This document shows positions 44,671 through 54,485 of a stretch of DNA of 64,000 bases, piece by piece. The notes under the pieces are model-generated. The model was not told the origin of the DNA. It searched no databases and saw only the letters and a list, made by a program, of their open reading frames with translations. The DNA lies in the IMG/VR virus record IMGVR_UViG_3300030104_003613. One strand, given 5' to 3'. The position numbers and the translations under genes are program-made. The stretch comes from a virus. Position 1 is the first letter of the stretch, and each line of letters begins with the position of its first letter.

Positions 44671-45054
44671 TTAGACTGTGGAAATCCCTGTAAACACATT
44701 AATGTTGCCTCTAGCAATACTATAAGTGCTACTTCCTACGCCCATAAAGATATCAAACTCATATCTTCCTTGTTTTATAGATGTGGTATCACTTCTGCCA
44801 AGACCAATCTTAAATTCACCACTAGTGGCACCAGTGATAGTTTCAGTAAACTCCGCAGTTGGCACACCAGAAGAACCAACCGCAACAGTCTTTGTCATTC
44901 TTGAATACATTGTATGAGAAGTCAAATCATAGTTTGACCTATCATTATTCAAAATCTTGAATGTTTCTTCAAAATCAACACCTGTAAACATTGTAAGATT
45001 AACACCATAGGGTGTTCTTACTGTGGGATCGAAGGTGATTGTATTATTAGCCAT
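44671..45054 (-). CDS. Virion structural adaptor-like protein
   Basis: NL...G.DF...F...YDLT...I.L....T..I..GRYEFDI pattern typical of BppU-like adaptors. Confidence 0.65.
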   Translation of the reverse strand: MANNTITFDPTVRTPYGVNLTMFTGVDFEETFKILNNDRSNYDLTSHTMYSRMTKTVAVGSSGVPTAEFTETITGATSGEFKIGLGRSDTTSIKQGRYEFDIFMGVGSSTYSIARGNINVFTGISTV

Positions 45055-45268
45055 TTGTTAGAGACCTCAGCAAAGATTTGATTTCATCTAAATCACCTTT
45101 AATCCCATCAACTTTTTCTTCAAGTCGATCAACCCTTTCCTTTTCGGAATTGAGTCTGTTTCTGGCGTTCATATAGTTTTGATAGTCAGTTTTGTTTGTA
45201 TTAATGATGGCTCTACTGCTTGAATCGCGGTAGAGACCATCTTTTCCTTCAACTTTCAATCTTTTCAT
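45047..45268 (-). CDS. Conserved hypothetical protein
   Basis: KVEG...LYRD..S.AIINT plus a C-terminal coiled coil. Confidence 0.8.
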   Translation of the reverse strand: MKRLKVEGKDGLYRDSSSRAIINTNKTDYQNYMNARNRLNSEKERVDRLEEKVDGIKGDLDEIKSLLRSLTNG

Positions 45269-48200
45269 TATACTGTGGCAATAACTCTAAGGTTTCTAAA
45301 CTGTGGGACAACCGCCTGGTTGGTTGATGTTCCAACAAGTTTGATTCTAAAGAAGTTGAATGGATCCAACTCATCGATGGAGAACTTATACTCCTTGAAG
45401 AGATTCAAGGAAGGCATTTGAGTGTAAATATCCGACTTGGGAATGAACACATCAGGTCCACCATCAGCACTGAAGGGTTGAATAACCTTTCCAAATTCAT
45501 CGGTGTTGTTGACACCAGGGAAGGGTGTAAATATACACTCTTCTGCTGGTAAGTCTTGATTGACAGCATAGAATGCTCTAACGTCATTGAAGTTGGAGAC
45601 ATATCCATCAATGAAGACTCTCAAAGATGTGGCAGGATTCTCAAGAATAATATTCTTGCTAACATACATCAGACTGTTAGGATCATTGGGAATATCCTTA
45701 ACTCTAACATCGCCCTTATAGTTAGTGACAGGTCGATTCGCTCTATTTGATACAAAGATGATGGATGCGTGATCCAAGTCAATAGCAGGCGAAAGTCTAG
45801 CATCACTCGTATTCATATTGACATTCAATGTCATGGACTTTTGTCCAGGAAGAGAGGTCAGATATGTTCTCTCATTGACAGGCGAAACAACCATTCTTTG
45901 ATTCTCAAAGTAGTTTTGCTCGTTCAAGGATACCTCTTGATATCCCTTGTCAAGGAAGGAAACTTCTGTTCCATCAACACTAGTTTCAGAAACAGTTCTA
46001 ACAGATGCGTTAAGAGAAACACCACTAGGAGAAATGGTTCTAAGGTTAGGAATAACCATAGAGTATGGCAAGTTATATGTTCCTCTGGCAGCGATACCAC
46101 CACCAGTTGTTCCTTGAGTGAAGTATCTAGAGGAATATGAAGAAGAAGTAGCACTTCTGTCAGTTCCACTCTGTGCCATGTTAATTTTGACATGGTAAGA
46201 GTCAATGCCAATGCCGTCTGTTATATCAGAATCAGCGAACAGGTGTTCTTTATTGATTCTTCTCAACGATACGCCACCAAACTCATATCTGAATACAAGT
46301 TCATTAAGCGCGTGTGATGCCGGTAATGTATTATCAACACCTCTACTAGTGATACCAGTCAGTGTGTTTCCAGCAACTCCAGTGTAGGAGATAATCTCAT
46401 TACCAATTTTTACATATCCAGGGTTGGTAACACTAACAGGTAGTCCTTCAAAGTCTGCCATATTGCCAGTGCTTCCAACTGAGATTGGAGCATTGGAGGT
46501 TCTACTGTATACTGCTCCCAGAGCAGTGGCAGGAATGTCAGAGGCAACATTTTGAAGTGTGACTCTGTTGGTATCAGCGTACATTCCATGATTTCTCTGG
46601 AATACCTTCACATGAAGACCATCATTAATAGCATCAACTCTTGCCGTAGCAAGAGGAACTACGCTTCCGCCTGTTCCAACGTTAACATCTGATGTGATAC
46701 CTGTCTGTGTTGTAAATCTCAGGAAGTTAGCAGCACCATAAAGAAGTTCACCTTGAACATTACTGACTTCAATTTCATTAAATCCTAGAAGTTCGGAGAT
46801 AGAGAATTTCATATCTCTTCCAATATTGCCAAGTCCAACGAGGTTACCGTGAATAGGTGCTACAACGTCAGCAACATTATATCCACTACCACCACCACTG
46901 ATTGTGGCAGCAATAGCAACCCCACCATTGACGGTGATATCTGCCCTAGCATTGATACCATTTCCAGTGATTGAAGTTAGAGCAACACCCGTATGAGTGA
47001 ACTGTCCAGAGGATGGCGTATAACCAATACCAGCATTGACGATGGAAATTGTTCCAGTCGCGGAACCAGCAAGACCAACAACAGTTCCTTTAAAGTCAGA
47101 TCCGACCTGAATTAGGTCAGTTCCAGAAATTAAGTTGTTGCCAGCACTATTGCCAGTATTACTAATCGTTGTACCAACACCAACATTCATTGATCTTGAT
47201 CTGACAGATATACCATTCTTGGTAATCTTTTCAAGATCGACTGGTAGATTTGGATTAAAGAACTGTACCAAACCGTTAGATGTAAAACTACAACGATATG
47301 CTACGAACTTAAGATCCTCATACTGACTTGGTGTCCATACACTTGCGTTTTGAGACTTAAACAGAGAACCAAGTAATGGTTGTTCTGTAACAAGGATTGA
47401 TCCTGCCTCTGTTGCCAGAGTGGTTACATCAGTTTCACCGAATCTAGAAATCCAGACATTATATGTGGTCACATCCGAAAGGACAGTGATAGCATATTCT
47501 GTTTGTGGATTTAGATATACTGGCGATGAGAAGACAAATGAAGTTGGAGTAGTTCCATCTTCTGATACCGCTACCTGATTTGGTTCTAAGACCACAGTAG
47601 AGAACGGCACAATCATTTCAGTGGGAGTTCCGAGTCTTGTCTCACGAATTTGAACCGTTACAGGATGGTCAGTATCCTTCGACTGGAAGAATAACTCAAC
47701 CCTGCTGAGGTATACACCCGTGATATCATCAACAAAGAATGTTTGAGCAAGAGGGTCTCCACGACGAGGCCGCGGCGGGTCGGGTGGACGCGGAGGATCC
47801 GGCGGCGGCGGTGGTGGTGGTGGAGGTGGTATTCTGACCGCGTTGATATTAGTGATAATACTTGTTTGATCAGTCACCCCAGCAAGAACTCTAGTTTCTG
47901 GATCAAGGTCCTCTGTCTCAACTTCAGCATTTCTAAGAGATAGAGTAACTTCTTGTGTATTATCGAGATCACCCTGTGAATAGAAGATTTGTTCAGCACT
48001 ACTAGAAACAGATCCAGCGACATTGGAGTTAGTAGAACTACTCGACAACTTAAAGTTAGATCTACCAGTTTCAAACGTTGGATTGGCAGTATTTGCTGAA
48101 TCAGGAACCCTATAGGAACCAATCAGTGTTCCAACTCTATCAGTAACCAGTGCGATTCTTGTAACAATCGCCTCTGCTCCACTGCTGTTGCCTCTGAGAA

Positions 48201-51200
48201 TCATTCCCTGTTGAATATATCCAGAGAATTGTGAATCGTTTTCATTGGAGAGTGAATCGGTATCAACGTTTAGAAGCGTTGAGGATTCGGTATATGCTGT
48301 GGCGATTGAGTCTGTTCTATCATAAGGATTGCTATCAAAGATATCGGACGGAGCGTTGAAAGCACCATACTTATGATTGGCAACACAAGTTCTGAAATTA
48401 ATAGCAGCAGAACCAGCGGATGATGTTTCTTGCGTATCAAGCGAAGACTGCATCACACCAGTTACAGTCTCACCAGTCTGGAATACACCAGATGACATAG
48501 TAATTTGAATTAGTTTTGGTACACAGAATCTACTAATATCAACAGCATCAAAGAAAGCAAACATTCTGGTGAATGGTTTTAATCTTTTTGCGGTAAACTT
48601 GATATTACGAGATCTCATAAAGTTAATGATCTCTCTGTTAATAATTCTATTACCAAGACTTTCGGTGTTAATCACCTCATTGACTGTCTGCTGACTACCA
48701 GTTCTTCTCTGACTTAATGAAACAGATCCATCAAGAGTAATCGACTCAACTGTTGTTCTTGCGGCATCAATTCTATTATTAACAACACCCTGAGATCTTA
48801 GAATATCTCCCTGACTACCTAAATTGCCAGCGTTAGTTGCTGCTTCCAGAGATTGTGTGGTTTGATCAAGAGAAATATTAAGTTGAGCACCTACGGTCTC
48901 CCAAGAGTCCCAAACAACAGGAGCAACACCAACTCTTGATCCGTCTTCAGCAGTTTCAACTTCTGCATCAAGAAGACTAGCAATACTTGAGAAAGCACCT
49001 TCTTGTAGAACATCACGAACTTCAAGATTATTTGGTTCAATCCATACATCAACTGATGGTTCTAGTTCAATTGAACCAAGATAATTGTTAACCAGGAAGG
49101 GAGTTACATTTTCAACTCTTGTGGCGAAGGGTTGCTCCAACCAACTGGTATCTTGATAGTCCAGGGTGAGCATATTGCCTGTTCTACGAACACCGGCACC
49201 AAAGATGGTGTTTCCAATACCAAGTTGTAAGTTAAATGATGTGCTGTAATGAGCAGGTCTCAGAATTTTCTTCTTGGTGTCAATAGAGTTCTTAATACCA
49301 ATCGTATCATCTTGAGGAATTCTAGTTGAGAAGTTATCAACGAAAATACCTGATTTAAATCTATTCAGTCCATTCGTATCTGGAACGAAGGTATTCAAAG
49401 TGGATTGTTCAAGTTGATCCAATGATGTATAATATTCAAGATTCTTGACTCTTTGTTCGATCTTTGCGATATCAATCATCTGATATCTCTTATGATCAAT
49501 AAAGTTCAATTTAGCATCCTTTACGTTGTAAAGGTAAGCAGGCATATAGATGTTAGCAATATTCAGACCATCTGTTACAGGTGTTGGAAGTTGAGGGACA
49601 TCATCAGGAGCGCCATATCTAACAGAGAATGAACCATACTTATCAACATACAGTCTATCTGCTCTTGCCAGATAATAATTGTAAGATACAGTCAGTGATT
49701 CATCGGAGGCAATTACATTTTTAGAACTATGCTGTCCACCGTTAAAGTTTCTGCCAAAGAATTCAAGTGGAGATCTTGTTCCAGCAGCAGTGCTATATTC
49801 GCTAACGCGAGGTCTGGCATCGATAATATCGGTTACTCTTTTTCCACCAACAATTGAAATATCTGAACTGTAATCAAATGAATCATAGGAATTAACTGTA
49901 GTAATGTCCCCTGTGTCGCTAGACTCATAGTAACCAGCAGAGAAATAAACTCTTAATTTTCTTGTTGGTGCAGGGAAATTGCCCTTTTTGACAATTCTTG
50001 AGAAATCATAGAATGAAGATCTTTGACCTTTTGCCAAAGAGTAGTTTCTGGTGATATTTTTAGAACCAATATTAATACTTGAAATATTACCAGTTACTGT
50101 CGAGTCAGCAAAACTGATTAGTTCACCTGGTTCAAACACTATATCGTTTAAGTAAACATATCCGATTGAATTTGTTGTTAATTTTTCGATCAGTCTTGCT
50201 TTTGATCCACTGGTTTGTCCTGTGATAATCTCACCAATAACCAAATCATTTGTGCTATTTGAAGGTCCGTTTAATTGCGAAACAGCAGCATTAGGAGATT
50301 GAGGATCAGTAACTCCATCTGCTTCATAGATTCCATAGATGTCCATTACATCGGGGACATTTAAAGAAATGGTAGAATCTTGAACTCTTGTTCCAAAAGC
50401 ATATGATCCAAATCTCAAACCATCATTAAGTGTTCCAGTGCCAATACCGGAAGCACTATTAATTGAATTATTAATAATGATACTGGAATTTGACTTTAGT
50501 TTAACCTTATTAGTAACGTTTGACTTTCTAATAGTGGCGATCAGTTTTGAATTAGGATCGGAACCACTTAATCCTTTAATTTGAAGTTGTGTAGAACCAA
50601 CAGTAAATACAAATTTATCAGTAGTCAGTGCTTCTGTTGTGCCATCAGATCTAATTAAGGAGTATCTCTCTTCATCAAAAGCAAGGAAAACCTCTTTTAA
50701 TGGATCATTGACCTGTAATACTTGTGTATCACCATTAGCATCAATTTGAACATCGAAGTTATTTCTGATGATGATATTTGAATTTGTCAGGTCTACATTC
50801 TGGACATTGCTTTTTCCAAGAGCACTGTAAATAGAGTCATTGCTCGATTCATTTCCTGTTCCAGTGGAACCTTGAAGTCTTGAAATAGCAGTTGTCAGAT
50901 CTGTCAGAGAAGCACTGTTTTCTGGTGGAGATCCTTCACATACACCAGGAACAGTGGTAACACCAACAACAGTAGCATCAGCACCATTGATACCTGTAAC
51001 TCTAACCAGAGTAGGATCGTTGTTTTCAGCAAGAGTAAACCTGAGAAGGTTGCCTGCTGTTACAATACCTACAAAACCACCAGTATTGAGCGATGGACTT
51101 GTGATGGTTGATACACCTGTAGTGGCTCTTCCTGTGATTGAAGCGATACCAATAGAAATTCCTTGATGCTGTACAAGATCACCACTAAATGTGTTACCTG

Positions 51201-52875
51201 CTCCAACAGCATCAACAAATACAGATTTGACATCTGAAATTGTATGATTATTGATATTGGTGATGAATCTTGCGTTGTCTAGAACACCATTAAACTTGAT
51301 TCTCTCGCCGAATGTAAAATCACCCTGCTTACTGTAAGCGGTCAAAGCAGTTCCAGCATTTACATCATATCTCAGGAAAGCAGTTGCTCCGCTAGATTCG
51401 CCTTCAATATGAATGGAGTTTGAAGCGTTCAGGGTAATGCTGATATTGATATCAATGTCAGTATATGTTTGTACATCAAACATAGACAGATCCCACAGGT
51501 TATCCTGGGGGGTGCTGGTATTATATGAACCAGATTCTAATACAAAGTCATAAACCCTAGCAAGACCAATTTCAGATCCGGGTGCTGCTGTGGCAATTCC
51601 ACCAACTCTTTGATCTCTGAGACTTAAAGTTGTAGAGGTGTTAAACCCAACGAGAGGTGATCCACTTACATTATTGACTTCAACAGTAGGTCCAAACGCA
51701 AAGTTAACTGCCTGATTTTCTAACAGACGAGTTGTTCTTGGTTTTGCTACGTCAATTAGAGAGGGTGATCTAACATCTACCTCATATCCCTTGACATATG
51801 CCCTACCAGGTGATATCTTATAAACCATCAAATCGTCAGTGGGTGTATTACCCTGACGTGTGACTTGACCTGGTTCGTAGACGCCTCTATTTCCTTCTTG
51901 ATTGTTTAGCGACTCTCTTACAGTCGTTATGAATTCTTTAATATAGTAGTTTCCAGATTCTTCATACGTTCTCTTGGCAAATTCATCACCAAGTAGATTA
52001 TATTTTGTATCGTCTGATTTTCTTCTTAAAGCACCACTCTGAACTTCGGCAAGTTGAACAAAGTTCTCCTCATCGTAACTGTTAATATCTTTCTTTGATA
52101 GAGTGGCAGTAATGCTTAATCTATCAGCACCAGGAGCAGCAAAGTTGTTGAAACCAGAAGCATTATCAGTTAAAATTGGATCTGTATCGGCAGAGATAAG
52201 TTCTTCTCTAATAGTCAGACCAATTCTATAACTTGGTGTTGTGCCGTACTGATCGAGAATTAGCAGTTGAGAAGGAACAGTAACAAAAGAACCTCTAATG
52301 AAATAGACGCCCTCTGCTATAACAAATGCTGTGCCATCAGTAGTGGCATTTTCTACGATAGTATTGGCAAATCCTTCACCTGCTCCAATAAATGTTGAGG
52401 CATAGGTAATTGCTTCTTCAACTTGAAGAACTTCATTGTCAAAGAATGTTTCCGTAGTATCATCAGTGGTGCTTGAATTAAGATAATTTACATAGAGTGT
52501 ACAATTACCTTTTGATGACTCGGCATCAGTAATATATGTAATAACTTCCGCAGTAATTCCAGATTCGGAACCAACGATTTTCTTTCCTAATAATTCCTCA
52601 AGATATACAGTTACAGGAATGCCAAGGAACTGTGATTGAACTTGAACAGCATGAAAATTAGGGTTGTAGTTCGTAGAACCCGGAATAACAACTGTTCCTT
52701 CTTTGAAGATGTTCGTTCCCATCTTCTCAATCTGATCTTGAAGGATAGATTGAAGATTATTTAACTCTCTTGCCTGAATAGGAAAGGCAGGTTTAAAGAG
52801 TACCTTGTAGTAATTGTTGCGGGGGTCAAAGTCGTCAAAATAAGGAGCAACATTGAGATTAGTTTCCTGTGGCAT
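45268..52875 (-). CDS. Large baseplate-associated structural protein (DUF4815/VrlC-like)
   Basis: NLNVAPYFDDF, QARELNNLQ, APGADRL, NRFKSGIFVDNF, DPLAQTF, SLFKSQN; 2535 aa. Confidence 0.88.
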   Translation of the reverse strand: MPQETNLNVAPYFDDFDPRNNYYKVLFKPAFPIQARELNNLQSILQDQIEKMGTNIFKEGTVVIPGSTNYNPNFHAVQVQSQFLGIPVTVYLEELLGKKIVGSESGITAEVITYITDAESSKGNCTLYVNYLNSSTTDDTTETFFDNEVLQVEEAITYASTFIGAGEGFANTIVENATTDGTAFVIAEGVYFIRGSFVTVPSQLLILDQYGTTPSYRIGLTIREELISADTDPILTDNASGFNNFAAPGADRLSITATLSKKDINSYDEENFVQLAEVQSGALRRKSDDTKYNLLGDEFAKRTYEESGNYYIKEFITTVRESLNNQEGNRGVYEPGQVTRQGNTPTDDLMVYKISPGRAYVKGYEVDVRSPSLIDVAKPRTTRLLENQAVNFAFGPTVEVNNVSGSPLVGFNTSTTLSLRDQRVGGIATAAPGSEIGLARVYDFVLESGSYNTSTPQDNLWDLSMFDVQTYTDIDINISITLNASNSIHIEGESSGATAFLRYDVNAGTALTAYSKQGDFTFGERIKFNGVLDNARFITNINNHTISDVKSVFVDAVGAGNTFSGDLVQHQGISIGIASITGRATTGVSTITSPSLNTGGFVGIVTAGNLLRFTLAENNDPTLVRVTGINGADATVVGVTTVPGVCEGSPPENSASLTDLTTAISRLQGSTGTGNESSNDSIYSALGKSNVQNVDLTNSNIIIRNNFDVQIDANGDTQVLQVNDPLKEVFLAFDEERYSLIRSDGTTEALTTDKFVFTVGSTQLQIKGLSGSDPNSKLIATIRKSNVTNKVKLKSNSSIIINNSINSASGIGTGTLNDGLRFGSYAFGTRVQDSTISLNVPDVMDIYGIYEADGVTDPQSPNAAVSQLNGPSNSTNDLVIGEIITGQTSGSKARLIEKLTTNSIGYVYLNDIVFEPGELISFADSTVTGNISSINIGSKNITRNYSLAKGQRSSFYDFSRIVKKGNFPAPTRKLRVYFSAGYYESSDTGDITTVNSYDSFDYSSDISIVGGKRVTDIIDARPRVSEYSTAAGTRSPLEFFGRNFNGGQHSSKNVIASDESLTVSYNYYLARADRLYVDKYGSFSVRYGAPDDVPQLPTPVTDGLNIANIYMPAYLYNVKDAKLNFIDHKRYQMIDIAKIEQRVKNLEYYTSLDQLEQSTLNTFVPDTNGLNRFKSGIFVDNFSTRIPQDDTIGIKNSIDTKKKILRPAHYSTSFNLQLGIGNTIFGAGVRRTGNMLTLDYQDTSWLEQPFATRVENVTPFLVNNYLGSIELEPSVDVWIEPNNLEVRDVLQEGAFSSIASLLDAEVETAEDGSRVGVAPVVWDSWETVGAQLNISLDQTTQSLEAATNAGNLGSQGDILRSQGVVNNRIDAARTTVESITLDGSVSLSQRRTGSQQTVNEVINTESLGNRIINREIINFMRSRNIKFTAKRLKPFTRMFAFFDAVDISRFCVPKLIQITMSSGVFQTGETVTGVMQSSLDTQETSSAGSAAINFRTCVANHKYGAFNAPSDIFDSNPYDRTDSIATAYTESSTLLNVDTDSLSNENDSQFSGYIQQGMILRGNSSGAEAIVTRIALVTDRVGTLIGSYRVPDSANTANPTFETGRSNFKLSSSSTNSNVAGSVSSSAEQIFYSQGDLDNTQEVTLSLRNAEVETEDLDPETRVLAGVTDQTSIITNINAVRIPPPPPPPPPPDPPRPPDPPRPRRGDPLAQTFFVDDITGVYLSRVELFFQSKDTDHPVTVQIRETRLGTPTEMIVPFSTVVLEPNQVAVSEDGTTPTSFVFSSPVYLNPQTEYAITVLSDVTTYNVWISRFGETDVTTLATEAGSILVTEQPLLGSLFKSQNASVWTPSQYEDLKFVAYRCSFTSNGLVQFFNPNLPVDLEKITKNGISVRSRSMNVGVGTTISNTGNSAGNNLISGTDLIQVGSDFKGTVVGLAGSATGTISIVNAGIGYTPSSGQFTHTGVALTSITGNGINARADITVNGGVAIAATISGGGSGYNVADVVAPIHGNLVGLGNIGRDMKFSISELLGFNEIEVSNVQGELLYGAANFLRFTTQTGITSDVNVGTGGSVVPLATARVDAINDGLHVKVFQRNHGMYADTNRVTLQNVASDIPATALGAVYSRTSNAPISVGSTGNMADFEGLPVSVTNPGYVKIGNEIISYTGVAGNTLTGITSRGVDNTLPASHALNELVFRYEFGGVSLRRINKEHLFADSDITDGIGIDSYHVKINMAQSGTDRSATSSSYSSRYFTQGTTGGGIAARGTYNLPYSMVIPNLRTISPSGVSLNASVRTVSETSVDGTEVSFLDKGYQEVSLNEQNYFENQRMVVSPVNERTYLTSLPGQKSMTLNVNMNTSDARLSPAIDLDHASIIFVSNRANRPVTNYKGDVRVKDIPNDPNSLMYVSKNIILENPATSLRVFIDGYVSNFNDVRAFYAVNQDLPAEECIFTPFPGVNNTDEFGKVIQPFSADGGPDVFIPKSDIYTQMPSLNLFKEYKFSIDELDPFNFFRIKLVGTSTNQAVVPQFRNLRVIATV
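47752..47830 (-). repeat. Polyproline low-complexity segment
   Basis: PPPPPPPPPPDPPRPPDPPRPRRGDP; locally GC-rich. Confidence 0.85.
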
Positions 52876-52881
52876 AATTCT

Positions 52882-54453
52882 TTAGAACTGCAAGATAATC
52901 TTTACGTCTTCTTTCTGTGAGGATGACCTAGTGACAGAAGGTCTATTATCCACATGGATAATATTTCCAGAATACTTCTTGGACTCTGGTTGTGCCACTC
53001 CTTGAACAAAACTCTGACCAAGAAAGTATGTACGACTATTTATTACGGTACTTATACCCGGAGAAGCGATGCTTCCGAAGTTAGTATCAATTCCAAGAGT
53101 TTGAGAACCACCACGAATATCAAAAGAACCACCGCTTGCTGGATCTCCTGTAAATCTTAATGTTTCAAAACCATATGTTGGTGAGGTATTCGCAGTTCCG
53201 TCAGTGTTAAATCCAGAATTGGTTCTATCTTGCCAATATTTCAAAACACCAGTAACCTGATCGTAGGAGATAACTCTACCGACTGCAGTCGAACCAACTC
53301 CGACTGTCTGTTCAATCTGAACATCAGTTGCAAATGAAGCAGTCTGATATTGATTTCCTTCACTAGTTAATTTAAGAGCATATACAGCACTTGCCTTATC
53401 TTTTGAAAGGACTGTGTTTGAATCATTATCAAGAGGATTTTCAATCAAACCAATTCTGGCAAATTCATTACCAGTGATAAAGTCTGGATTTTCGCTATCG
53501 TTTTCAAATCTTGAATATGTAAGAACATTAAAAGCACCCAACTCGCGATAGATATCAGCACCATGTCCACCATTAGGAGGTATAATGATATCAAAAGTTG
53601 GAGAAGTTGTTCCGGTTGGAACTCTTCCTGTCAGATTTAATGTTCCAAAAGTATAGTCAGAACCACCTTTGGATATGGAGACTGATTCAATCTTGGAATC
53701 ATTGTTAACTACAACCGTCGCTTCCGCCCCTCTTCCGTCACCTTCAATGGGAACTCTTGTATATGTCCTTGCTGTTCCGAGTCCTACACCACGACCCCTA
53801 ATAGTTACAATCTTCAATTGACCACTAGTGGCAGCATTCTGTCTTATGGGAGCATCATCAGTATTTGTTTCCCATGCGTTGGGGACGGGAATGTAATTTG
53901 TAGAATCAAACTTAATCGCTTGACTTGGTTTGATAGTATACAGATATTTCCAGATGTATCCGTCACCGCTACTACCTGCTGCTCTTGGTTCTAAATCTGT
54001 AAAAGTAGGTTCATCAAGAGATGGACTGCCTTGATAGGCATTTTCTGGGTTAGCATTATTGAAGAGACAAATATAAACTCTAAAATCAGAGTTCATTACA
54101 AAATAATTAGCATCATAAATGTCAAATGAACCAGATGGTTGAGATGGGTTATCTCTGGTAATATCATTTCTCCACATATCATATGTGGTTCCCGACGACC
54201 AAGTTACTTTCCTAACGACCTGACTAATATCACTACCAGAAATCTTCTTCATGGCAATCATATTGTCCCAATAATCATTGGACTCATCCAATGCATCCTT
54301 GGGAGATGGCGGATTAGTATTCCAATCCGATTGGAAATCAGAAGCGTTGGGGAGACCAATAAAGGTATAATACGAATTCGTGCTAGATTGAACACCAGCA
54401 ACGAAATTCTTCGCATTAAGAATTCTTAATTGGTCAGTTATAATCGCAGCCAT
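52882..54453 (-). CDS. gp8: Baseplate wedge subunit
   Basis: MAAIITDQLR, VYICL.N, DGYIWKYLYTI, GHGAD, QKEDVKIILQF. Confidence 0.93.
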   Translation of the reverse strand: MAAIITDQLRILNAKNFVAGVQSSTNSYYTFIGLPNASDFQSDWNTNPPSPKDALDESNDYWDNMIAMKKISGSDISQVVRKVTWSSGTTYDMWRNDITRDNPSQPSGSFDIYDANYFVMNSDFRVYICLFNNANPENAYQGSPSLDEPTFTDLEPRAAGSSGDGYIWKYLYTIKPSQAIKFDSTNYIPVPNAWETNTDDAPIRQNAATSGQLKIVTIRGRGVGLGTARTYTRVPIEGDGRGAEATVVVNNDSKIESVSISKGGSDYTFGTLNLTGRVPTGTTSPTFDIIIPPNGGHGADIYRELGAFNVLTYSRFENDSENPDFITGNEFARIGLIENPLDNDSNTVLSKDKASAVYALKLTSEGNQYQTASFATDVQIEQTVGVGSTAVGRVISYDQVTGVLKYWQDRTNSGFNTDGTANTSPTYGFETLRFTGDPASGGSFDIRGGSQTLGIDTNFGSIASPGISTVINSRTYFLGQSFVQGVAQPESKKYSGNIIHVDNRPSVTRSSSQKEDVKIILQF

Positions 54454-54485
54454 TTTAAGTAGACTTTTTTCTTATTTAGTGAGAT

